A DNA stretch of 62,982 nt, counting the filler, from Conidiobolus incongruus B7586 (Eukaryota): the NCBI GenBank assembly GCA_000697335.1. It is 20 parts of 20 records of this genome, joined end to end, with 100 filler letters (N's around TTAATTAATTAA, not from the genome) between each part and the next. Parts side by side here need not be neighbours in the genome. Positions count along the whole stretch, not along the records: positions 51,484 to 60,054 come from JNEM01004069.1; positions 60,155 to 61,204 come from JNEM01004071.1; positions 61,305 to 62,982 come from JNEM01004072.1; 17 more parts are not named here. One strand, given 5' to 3'. The notes beneath the pieces are model-generated. The model worked only from the letters and a program-made list of their open reading frames with translations, made no database searches and was not told where the DNA came from. Both the position numbers and the translations under genes were made by a program. Shown here piece after piece: positions 52,201 to 62,982 of this stretch; the first letter of the stretch is position 1; each line of letters begins with the position of its first letter.

Positions 52201-54324
52201 ATAAAAGCTTTCAGTATTATTACTAATAATCAATTACAACCCTTATATATTATAACTCATTAAATGAAATAAATATAATATATAATTTTAAGGATGAAAA
52301 ATTTGAATAAATTTTTTAAATAATAACATATTTGATTCTATCAATTGTATATTAGCTTTGATGAAACCATTTTCAGTAAATGACTAATTTTTTTCAAAAA
52401 GTTTAAAATCAATATTTCAAATTTGATCTATCGTATTATTATAAAATATAAAATAGTTACTATAAGTTTTCAGTTAATGATATTTAATATTAAATAATCA
52501 TAATATAATACTTCGGAGCAAGAAAGTCATAATTTAATTATATTCAAATACTGATTTTGATAATATAAATGATTTGAAACATTTTAATGTTATTATATCT
52601 GAATTATTATGGAAATAAACAAATTTTTGAAAATTTCATAATTAGTCAAATATATATATATATATATATATTCCGAAGTATAAATGAATTGATAAAAAAT
52701 TCCTATTCAATTTTGATGTTATTCATAATTAATTAACTCTGATTATATTGATCAATTATTTTTTATTATTTTAATTACTGTATAAGTATATTATTTTTCG
52801 CTATTTTATAATAGTTCTTAATTTATGTTTAATTCAGCCAAACAAAATAAATTAAATAAAATCCAATATAAAAATTAATTAAATATTACAATATCACAAT
52901 ATTAACATAACTAAATAGTGGTATTGAAATTAAGATGCTCTAATATATATACTTTAAAATATATTCAGTTTCATATAATGATAAGTCACTTATAACCCTA
53001 TTAAATTTGATCTTCCAAAAATCCTGTGCATATTTTAATCAGTTTTGAAGAATTTTTCAAAAGAATTTAAAAATAATATAAATTGCATAAGATGAAGTCC
53101 AAATTTGGAAAAATAAGCGGTATATCAAACTATGATTAAAATTTTTAATTAAAATTACCTTCAATCATTTAATTGATTAATCATTTTTATAAATTATTCG
53201 ATTATAATTAAAATAATTCTAACCTTATATAGATCTTTAATTTCGTTTTAAATATTTCCTAATTTTTTATTCAATAAAATCTTTAATAAATTTTTATATG
53301 ACATTGTTGACACTTTGACAAGTTAATAAATTCAATATTTTGAACAAGTAATATTTTTAACTAAAGTCTTAAATTAACACTATATAAAATATAATAATTA
53401 TTGAAATAAATTTATAAAATTAATGATACAATGTTTGAAATATACAAGAAAAAAATTGGTAATGACAATACATGCACACATCCTAAAAATTTTTTTTGAA
53501 GAGAATAAAGATTCACTCTCAAACTTCGAATTAGCTAAATAAATTACTATAAATAGTCAATTATCAATCTAAATATATATATTAAAAAACTTGCGAATAA
53601 GTTATACTATAAAAATATGCCAATAAAATTATTTTTAATATAATAATAATAATGCATTAAAATTATGATAATAAATATAAAATTAATTAATATGATTAAA
53701 AATATATAATCTCAGTTTTTATTTTATTTTAATTATTATTAAATAATTCTTTTAATAAATATTTATTTTTAAAATATACATATATATATATATATATATT
53801 TTATAATATAAAATTAAAATTATTACATAATTAAAAAGTGAATAAAAAAATAATTTGATATATTAAAATTTTCTGAATTAAATTTATATGCTAATTTTAT
53901 CATGTGATAGGAGAGTGAAAATTTGATTATTATTCTTTTATATTGGTACACATTACAATTGTAATAGATAAATGGATCTTTATTTTTTGTTACAAATTGG
54001 TCAAATTTTGAGCAAATAATAGAAAATTATATTTAGTGTTTCATAAAAATCTAAATTTAATTAATGCTTTTAAAGTTGTGGATGTGATAGGAAGGATTAA
54101 ATTGGATTGTGAGATAATTGAATAGTTGTCTTGTGTTGGGCCTAGGTTTGGAAATTTAAGGAGATTACAAATTAACATATTCTCTGACATCAAAAAGTAG
54201 GAGATAATTTGATATAATGTGATGTTGTTGAAGTAAATTGGATTTAATATGATTGCAATATCTAATGATGATTTTATTAATATCAAATAATAATGATGGA
54301 TTAATTGATCAGTTAGAATAATTA

Positions 54325-55635
54325 TTATTTTGACTTGGTTCTCGAATTCAAATATTCCAAAGTGTAGTGGCAGTGAGCGGGACCATTAGGAACATCACCT
54401 TGGTTGCATACCTGAATCGATTTGAACCATTCGTCTTCAAGAATTTCAGCCATCGTTATGCGATCAGCGGGGTTGGGTTCAAGGATGCGCTCCATCAATC
54501 GTCTACAGCCTTCACTATATTGATTGAATTGATTGCATACACCTTTCCGCCTCTTTTCAATAAAGGATTTGTAGTTGGAATCTTCCATAGAAGCCATGCG
54601 GAAGGGAATAGAACGGTGACGCATACTGTAATAAACGATACCACAAGCCCAAATATCAATTAATCGAGCATCATAGTCATCGTCCGTCCACATTTCTGGA
54701 GCAATATAGGGTTCAGAACCGCACAAGCCACGAGATCGATGACAAGTAGTCTCCCAAGCGGTTTTGAAAACATCTGAAACACCGAAATCGGTAATCTTCA
54801 AATGACAGAAATCGTCGAAGATGAGATTCTCAGGTTTAATGTCACGATGGGCAACCCCCATAGAGTGGAGGTAGTTTAAACCCAAAATTAATTGTTTAAA
54901 GCAGCAATTGATCTCTTTCTCTGTCATGTGATTGGATTTGATGATGTTGTAAAGATCTCCACCTGGGCAATACTCCATCACTTGACACCAATTCTGGTGC
55001 TCATCCTGAATGAGATCAATTGTAGCAACGACATTGGGGTGAACGAGAGCACTGCTAATACAGAACTCGCTTGTCAGCTTTTTAACATATTCCTTTTGAG
55101 TTTCATCCTTGCGCTTTTTTCTAAACTCTTTAACTGCAAAGTGCTGCTCTTTTTGTCCACGATCGAGCTTGTGAGCAACCTTGACAACAGCTGTAGCGCC
55201 TTTGCCAATCGATTTGCGCTCACAAACACCATATTTTTCAGATAAAGATTTAGGTTGTTGTTGGATGTTGGAAGAGGAGGATGAAGAGGAAGAGGGCTGG
55301 GGAGAAAGAGGAGTTTTTGGACTGGATGATTTTGTGTTTAAAATATCAGACCAAATACTCTTAACATTACTCAAAAATTTCTCTTCACTGGAATGATGTT
55401 TAGGACTAGCTGAACGAGGAGAGGGGGATTGAGAAGATGAGGAAGAAGATGAGAAATCGCTAGCGCCAGCATCGAAAAGATCTGGAGAGAATAAAGAGTT
55501 AGTGACATTAGTAGAAGGAGTAATAGCACTCTTTTCGCAAGCTTTCTTAGTAACGAGAGGTTCAGGTAATTGCTGACGACGTCTAGCTTTGTTGTTAAGG
55601 CCAGGGACCCAATAATCAGAAGTGAAAGTAACCAT
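54325..55635 (-). CDS. Ser/Thr protein kinase, fungal NPR/HAL family (Hrk1/Sat4/Ptk2/Oca2-like), 436 aa
   Basis: Ser/Pro-rich N-terminus; GKGATAVV, AVKEF, family signature KKLTSEFCISSAL.HPNVV, HRDIKPENL, DFG, GSEPYIAPE, DIWACG. Confidence 0.95.
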   Translation of the reverse strand: MVTFTSDYWVPGLNNKARRRQQLPEPLVTKKACEKSAITPSTNVTNSLFSPDLFDAGASDFSSSSSSSQSPSPRSASPKHHSSEEKFLSNVKSIWSDILNTKSSSPKTPLSPQPSSSSSSSSNIQQQPKSLSEKYGVCERKSIGKGATAVVKVAHKLDRGQKEQHFAVKEFRKKRKDETQKEYVKKLTSEFCISSALVHPNVVATIDLIQDEHQNWCQVMEYCPGGDLYNIIKSNHMTEKEINCCFKQLILGLNYLHSMGVAHRDIKPENLIFDDFCHLKITDFGVSDVFKTAWETTCHRSRGLCGSEPYIAPEMWTDDDYDARLIDIWACGIVYYSMRHRSIPFRMASMEDSNYKSFIEKRRKGVCNQFNQYSEGCRRLMERILEPNPADRITMAEILEDEWFKSIQVCNQGDVPNGPAHCHYTLEYLNSRTKSK

Positions 55636-58600
55636 TGTTGAATTTAATCAATACTAAGTTAAAATCAAATATAGGAATAAACCAGTAAAAGTTCAATCAA
55701 AAGGCTGGTAGTACACTTGAGTAGATAAAATAAAAAGCACCGAGTTGTAGTCTGTTAGAATCAATCAAAGACCAAATTCAGTAAGTGAAATATACACACA
55801 CTTATTAAAAAGACATGTTGGACTTTAATAGTAGTCCAAACTACGATAACAATGAAAAAGGTGGTTCAGAAGGGGAGAGGGGATGAATCAAGCGAAAAAA
55901 GAATTAATCAAAGTAAAACTTTGATAGCTCTACACACGTTAACCTGTAGAAAAGGAGTTAGACCTCAAGGTAAGTAAAGACACTCGGTAGCCGTTCTCAA
56001 ACACGAAAGTGAAATAGAAAAAACGAATAGCCGACGACTTGATAGCTTAAGAACTAATAGTTGTCAGAGGTAGCGACAATAGGTCACAAGAGACGCCCAA
56101 CCAATTGATGAAAAAAATTAAATAACAAGGGGAAAGAGAAAGTGCTTCTTGATTTCGAAAAACTAGAATTAATGGCAAATGAATGGATCAAAGCCCCTTT
56201 TTATATCATTTTCAGTCTCCCAATTCTTGTACCAATTCCATTTTGCACAAATTCAATCGGCCAATATCTAACATTATTCATTTTGATCTTCACCTATCAA
56301 CAATACCCAATTAAGATGATTTATTTGCGCCTTATCATCTCCATACGTCCCACCCACTCTGCTCACTCCCCATTCTCTCTCATTTACTTGATATTTGATT
56401 GGCTAATTTATCAACCAGTCATTTGACAAGTATCATTCAATCGATCCCTGATTCGCTAAAATTTTATTATTTATCCAATAGGACCTAGTTCCTCAATGTT
56501 GGAAAATACAAAATTAGCTGCTTATCAACGAAGCATCAATTAAGGAAAATTTCACTGCTGAATCCATCATCAAAGCTCAAGAAAAAAAGTTCACTTTAAA
56601 ATTAATAAAAAAAATTAAAGCAATAGCACTAAGGTGAGTATGCATAGTATTGAAAATAGCTAGAATTTTCACATTTACAAACTTACTAAATTTATTAAAA
56701 ATCATTTATAATATGAATAGGATTGACCAAGATGATCAAAAGCAAACTCTTAGTTCAAGGAAATCGGTTATAGACTGAATAGTTTTGCCAAGTGCGAACC
56801 AATCGTAGCATATTATGGTGAAAAAAAAGAATTTTTTTTCCCAATTAAAATTTACCAATCAACAAACTAAAAAATTCCCAATATAATAATAATAATTTTA
56901 TTATACGAAAGAAAAAAAATTTATTTTTCAAAATAAAAACATCAAAATGATCTTAATAAAAATAATTTGTTGATAATAAATTTTTTTATTGATCAAAATA
57001 ATGAGTATAATATTAAGATTGATCAAATTTTAATAATAAATTGATTAAATTAGTCATGATGATACTGAGTATTAAATCTTTTGATCATATTATTTTCATA
57101 GTATGAAGATTTAATTGTTTCGATTGATCAACTAATGCTCAACAGTTTGATTTGAGCAACTTTAAAATCATATCATCTTATATTCAAATAATAGATTTTA
57201 TTTATTAGAATTAATTTTAATATATTGTAAAATTATTATTATTATTATTATCAATGTAACATTCATAATATTATTTCAAAAAATGATTTAATATCAACAT
57301 TTTTGACCAATAAGCATATGCTCATATTAACAAAGATTTGTAACTATATTGCCTAAGTAAGGAGAGTAGGAGTATTTTTCATTTTTGAAATATCAATAAC
57401 TACCCCATATATTAAGGTGAATGGATTACTAAATATATTCAAGCATTTTGATAGAGATATGAATAAAGATTAAGGAGAAATAGCTACTTGACACCAACTA
57501 CTTTGAGATCAAATGACATGATTCAATTGGGAAGAATTGCTGCGCTCTGATTGATAATTCTCAAATCATTAATATTTTTTATGATGTTGAATACAAACGT
57601 GAAAATAATTGAAAAATAATAATATCAATACTGAAAAAGAAAAGAATATTGATTATATTAAAATTAGAAGAGAAATCAATTATCAACATTTTATTGAATT
57701 CCAATTATATTTCCTTTATTGCATTAATTCCATAGACATTCAAAAGATTATATCATCGAATGTTGATTCAAGTAAATTTTCTCAATACTTATTTAGACTA
57801 GGCTAAGGTATTTGATGTTAAAATTCTAATTAGAAGTCTAATTAATTTTAATATATTAACTTGCCATTTTCAGTTTTGGTTTTTAAACATTTAACTCAAT
57901 AACTATTAAATTTTAAGAATGATGATGATGATGCTAACCATAAAGTTGTGATGTATGGATTAGTTACAATGATTTTAATTTAAATTAATAATTAGGATCA
58001 ATTCAAATCAAGTTAAAATATTAAATCTTCTCAATATTATGTAAACTGATAAGTGGTATGATGGAGTAATTATTGACACATGATAAAATGCCTAGTTTAA
58101 TATTAATATCTCTAAGTTTCCGCTATTTACCTAGGTATATTAGGCAATGTTTTTCACCTTGATATATAAAGTTTTAACTAGTAATTCTAAAAGAATGGCA
58201 ATATTTTTAGATGTTGTTAATAACAAAAATTTTCGAGGACCCTAATGCAAATATATGCAAGTAATTAATAAATATGGCTATTCATCATTATTTCAATATA
58301 TTATTTTTTTTAATAATTCTAGATTGATAAATTTTTCTTGGCCCTCAGCCTTGTTTTTGAATTTATCATAAGATTTTAATAATTTCCTTAATTTTTAAAA
58401 TTATGATAACTCTCAAAGTGTTGACAGTTTATAACTGAATATATTTTATTTATAGTACTATTTTTATAAATAAAAACTTTATTAATAATATTATTAATTT
58501 TTAATAACTTTGAATTCTGATCTATTTAATAATGCTCACAATTAGATTTTATTGGTTAAAAATTTGATTATTAAAATATTAATTTCAAAAGTTTTGAATG

Positions 58601-59639
58601 TAATTTAGTCATATGGTTAAAATACTTCAATATTATATTTGTTTTACAAATATTTGATCATTCCACTTGATAAACAGCTGATTCTGTTTTTACAAAGTAT
58701 CATTGATAATATATTAAATTGTATTAACCCTTAAGCTTAACTTTTATTAATTTGGATTTAAGTTAATTAACATAAAATTAAATAATAAAAAATTTATAAC
58801 AGGTATTAGAAAAATCAATAAAATAAATAATAAGTCTTAAATAATAAACTCTCTATTCATTGTATTTTATACCTAAATATATATATATTAATGATAATCA
58901 AATTTCAAAGCATATGAGATATTATGATTTTGGCTAAATATATTTTGAATTTGGGTTATAAAATTAAATATTTTTATTAAACAAATATAATCAATATGTT
59001 AATAACTTATATTTTAAATTATTATAATCAAGCTATAACCTTTCTTAAAACAAAAAAACAATATATATATCAAAGAAAAAAATTCCAAAAAAATCAACTT
59101 TTTTTATTTATATAAAAAATTTTATATATTTTGAATTATAATCATATTATCATTATAAAATTAAAAAAGAAATTAATTAAATATTTAATATTTTGAAAAC
59201 AAAATCTTCAAAACTCCTTTATCCTTTATTTTTTCTCAATATATATATTAATTTTCTTTTAAATTATTCTTAATTCTAAAATCTAGAGTTAAAATTTTAA
59301 ATTTAAACCATTTTCCCATAGGTTAATTTATATATAAAAATTACTAATTTTTATTTAAAAACAGAGTGGCAATTGAAAAATAATAATCAAGCAAGGTATA
59401 GAAAATAATATCAATGATATCAATAAAACCAATATGAATTTAAAAATGAAATACTAGAAAATATATAATTGAAATTTCAAATATATAAAAAAAAATTATC
59501 CTAAAGTTATAGTAATTAAAAATTAATAATAATTGATTTTAAATTATTATTTTATATTTTGAATAATAAGAATTTTTTTGCAATTAAAAATAAATAAACA
59601 TTTTGATTTATAATATATAAAAATAATTATATAATATAA

Positions 59640-60054
59640 ATTTAATAGTTTTTTTTAATAATTAATAACTTTTTGCTATATTTTTACCAAACTTCTAATA
59701 TTTCAAAAATAATTCTTTTTATTAAAAATTAAAGCTTTAATATTTTATAAATTAATTAAACTTTTTTATAGATTTTTCTCTCTTAAAAGATAATTTTTTA
59801 ATTATTTAAAGTAATTATAATCATTAAATTATAATCTAAAGAATATATTAAAAATAATAGTTTTTTCTAGTTTTTTTAATTAGAATATTTTTTATAACTA
59901 TAAATTTATATACTTTATAATTATTATATAAAATAATAAGTGTTTTTAAATTATATTAAAAACATTAATTTGAAATAATTGTATTTAAAAAAATAATATA
60001 AAATTTATTATTAATAAATTTGTTTTAACAATTATATAAGAGTAATATATATTA
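59640..60054 (-). mobile_element. Degenerate mariner relic, 3' part
   Basis: Reverse complement matches 21770-22130 (e.g. aatattagaagtttg.taaaaatatagcaaaaagtt). Confidence 0.8.
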
Positions 60055-61019
60055 NNNNNNNNNNNNNNNNNNNNNNNNNNNNNNNNNNNNNNNNNNNNTT
60101 AATTAATTAANNNNNNNNNNNNNNNNNNNNNNNNNNNNNNNNNNNNNNNNNNNNATATTTTTATCAGTAACTCTATTAATTCTTAATTAAACTAATTATA
60201 TTAATTTATATATTAATTTTAAAATTATTTATTTATATTAAAATATATTTAATTTAGTAATATAAACTTTTAGTTAATATATTAATACTTAAAGTTTATT
60301 TAAAATAATTTTATAAATCTATATATTTTGGTTATAAAAAGAGAATTAAAACTGAATATATTTATTTGTTATTTTTTAATTTCCTTAAGTTTATAAGTAT
60401 CAAGGCCAAATAAGTATAAATTGACTATAGGCTTAGGTAGCCATACATAATATACCCCAAAGTATTGATGATATTTCATGTCATCACCACTGTTGGGATT
60501 TTATAACCTATTTTTAATATCTATCCCAATATAAGTTTTAACCCCCTATAGAAAAGATTCAATATAAATAGTAAATTATATAATATAAGATATAATTTAA
60601 TTACGAGCAAAGAAAGAAAAATACCATTCTTCTTAATCTTATTAGGTATGGATTCACCAAACAACTAATTCCACATTTTAACTATTTCTTCAAAACTTTA
60701 AACAAAATTTTATATTATCCTATTTAACTATAGCAAATATGTTTTATTAATAAGGAAAATAGATGTTTTGCTTAAAATATAATTTTTAAATAAATTAGGT
60801 ATTTATAATTAACTAGATAATAAAATTAAAAATCAAATTATAATAAATTTAAGGGGTTTTACTAATAAAAAATAGTGTCTTCAAATTGATTAGTAATTAA
60901 TACTTCGATTTGGATAATAAAGCTAGTTTGTTCTTAAAAAAAGGAATAAATATATATTTAATTACTAAGTAATTAATAATATTAAGTAAATAGATTAATA
61001 AGGAAAGTGTATTGTGACA

Positions 61020-61204
61020 ATAAGGTATAAGGTTAATTAATTTCTTATATTAAAAAAGATTAATTTTGTTTTATATTTCTTAAATATATTTTTAAAACTT
61101 ATTTAAATTTTTTGTTAATAAAAAGGTTTTAATTATTTTTTTTAATTAATCTTAAAGGTATTTATTTAAATTAAAGTTAAAAAATTAAAAAAGCTATTGT
61201 ATAA
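61020..61204 (-). mobile_element. Short Tc1 fragment
   Basis: Reverse complement matches the WPxQSPDLNPIEHLWDQLK region of the other Tc1 copies. Confidence 0.6.
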
Positions 61205-61344
61205 NNNNNNNNNNNNNNNNNNNNNNNNNNNNNNNNNNNNNNNNNNNNTTAATTAATTAANNNNNNNNNNNNNNNNNNNNNNNNNNNNNNNNNNNNNNNN
61301 NNNNTTTTTGATATTAAAAGATTAATTTTTTTAATTTTTATATA

Positions 61345-62907
61345 TATTAACCTGTAAAAATGAGTCATAAAATCAAAATTACTTAAATATTTACCTATAT
61401 CTTAAATAATTCTTAATTAAATAAATTTAAATTAAAATATATAATTTACCTATATTAGTTAATTATAACTAACTATATTTAATTATATTTTATTAGCTAT
61501 TAGTTAATATATCAAAGCCTAAAATTTAACCAAAGTGAGTTATAAAATTACTGGTTTATATATTAAAAGGGTATAAATAATAAAACTTATATATATATAT
61601 TTTTTGTTATATTATATATATTATAAAACTATTAAGTTAATATTTTAAAATTAATATTATAATATCTAAATCTCACTTTAAAAAAGTTTACTTATGTATT
61701 AATCAACTTCATAATAAAAATACATTAACTTGTAAGATTGCTAGAATTACTAGTGCTAGCTAATCTATTATAACTAGGGTTATTAAGAATAATGCTAAAA
61801 AAACACCTAAACTAAATCTTAAGTGTAATAAAATTATAGATAAATATGATGAAAAATATATTTGTAGATTAATTAATATAGGTAAATATAATATTACTAT
61901 AAAAGTATAACAAGAATTATAAAACTATATAAAAATATTAATTAATACTAATACTATTATATATCTTTTATATTAGAATAGATATTACTTACACTTTAAG
62001 AAAAAACACCCTTAACTAAAGAAATCCCACTGTAAAGTTAAGTAGGAGTTTAAATGCTAATACTAAAATTAAACTGAAATTAACTAAAGTAAAGTTATTT
62101 AATCTAATGAAACAAAAATAAATTTTAATAAATTTAATAAAAGAGTTAGATATTTCAAAAAAGATAAAAAACTATTTTATAACTATTATGTTATTATAAC
62201 CTAAAAATATAATAATATGTTAATTATAGTTTAGGGATATATGTTATCTTTATGTATAGGGTATTTTTATAACATTAATAAAGGAATTAATATTGAGATA
62301 TACTAAAATATTCTAAACAATGAATTAAAAAAATTATTGAGTAATATAGGTTAAATAAATCAAATATTATTTTCTAATAATATAATACTTTTTATTATAC
62401 TATAGATTTTATTATTAAATAGTTTAAAAATAACAAAATAATTATTATGAAATAATTTCCTTAATCTCTTAATTTTAACTTAATTAAATATCTTTAGGAT
62501 CAATTAAAAAAATTAATTAAAGTTTTCCCCTTAGCAAAAAATTTAGATTAACCTTAGAAGTATATTTAAAAAACTTAGAATAATATTAGTCTTGTTTAAT
62601 ATAAGAAACTAGTTGACTCTATACCCCACAAATTTAAAAAAGTTAGAAAAACAAAAGATATATATATTAGATATTAATTTTTTTATCAATACTAAAACTT
62701 GCAAATTTATAACTTATTCTAGGTATAGTTTTAGTTTTAATATATCAATTAATATTTAATTAAATTTAACTTTATATATTATATTATAGATAAAAAGTAT
62801 ATATTAATTACATAGTTTAATATAAATTTATTGGAATTAGAATTAATCAAGATATTAATAGAAATATTTATATTTTTAATTTTATGATTAATTTTTACAA
62901 GCTAATA
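61345..62907 (+). mobile_element. Full-length (1.56 kb) degenerate Tc1-family DD34E transposon with IR/DR ends and TA target duplication
   Basis: ta|tattaacctgtaaaaatgagtcataaaatc ... ttttatgattaatttttacaagctaata|ta; inner DRs near 61530 and 62710; relic IIF**YN...K*FKNNKIIIMK*FP*SLNFNLIKYL*DQLKK...LVDSIPHKFKKVR. Confidence 0.9.
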
Positions 62908-62982
62908 TATAATTAATACTTTAAATTTGGATAAGTAAATAAATATACAATAAAGATATTTTATAATATAATTAATATATAA

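Noticed and set aside
9263..55396. Small overlapping ORFs (9263, 24540, 24837, 25030, 25362, 31513, 33198, 33244, 37201, 40154, 54367, 54892, 55181)
   Set aside because: Alternative-frame or antisense shadows of real genes or of the pseudogene, with no motifs of their own.
20026..57806. AT-rich ORFs 20026, 32598, 41543, 54041, 56142, 57609
   Set aside because: I/L/N/K/F-rich composition expected by chance at this AT content, mostly non-ATG starts; 20026 and the 32.5-33 kb region may be decayed gene fragments but cannot be assigned.
60380..60675. Possible additional solo LTR
   Set aside because: Slightly GC-elevated and ends in CA, but no matching TG start or TSD could be defined.
3083..61304. 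Regularly recurring TTAATTAATTAA (PacI-like palindrome) as a biological repeat or CRISPR-like array
   Set aside because: Always centred in exactly 44+44 N; an artificial six-frame-stop scaffold linker.

Overview
Extremely AT-rich eukaryotic DNA, almost certainly fungal. A short GT-AG intron, a fungal-type NDUFB2, a P450 and an NPR/HAL kinase fit an aerobic early-diverging fungus such as a Conidiobolus-like Entomophthorales; that assignment is inference. The scaffold is broken by 19 artificial 100-nt linkers (44N-TTAATTAATTAA-44N), so adjacency across gaps is uncertain. Genes, in order: NDUFB2 (2 exons), an intronless P450 bracketed by ~350-bp inverted repeats, an F-box protein, a signal-peptide-bearing prolyl oligopeptidase, a secreted phage/bacterial-type poly-gamma-glutamate hydrolase (PghP/DUF867) split by a 1-nt frameshift in an A7 run, three tandem paralogues of an unknown secreted acidic helical protein (one pseudogene), and an NPR/HAL-family Ser/Thr kinase. 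Much of the AT desert is not random. It holds at least 7 Tc1 (DD34E, IR/DR ends) and 4 mariner (DD34D) copies destroyed almost entirely by C>T/G>A transitions with lengths preserved, a RIP-like signature. There is also a solo LTR. The most interesting items are the secreted-protein island (POP + gamma-PGA hydrolase + novel family), the RIP-like hypermutation, and the IR-flanked P450.
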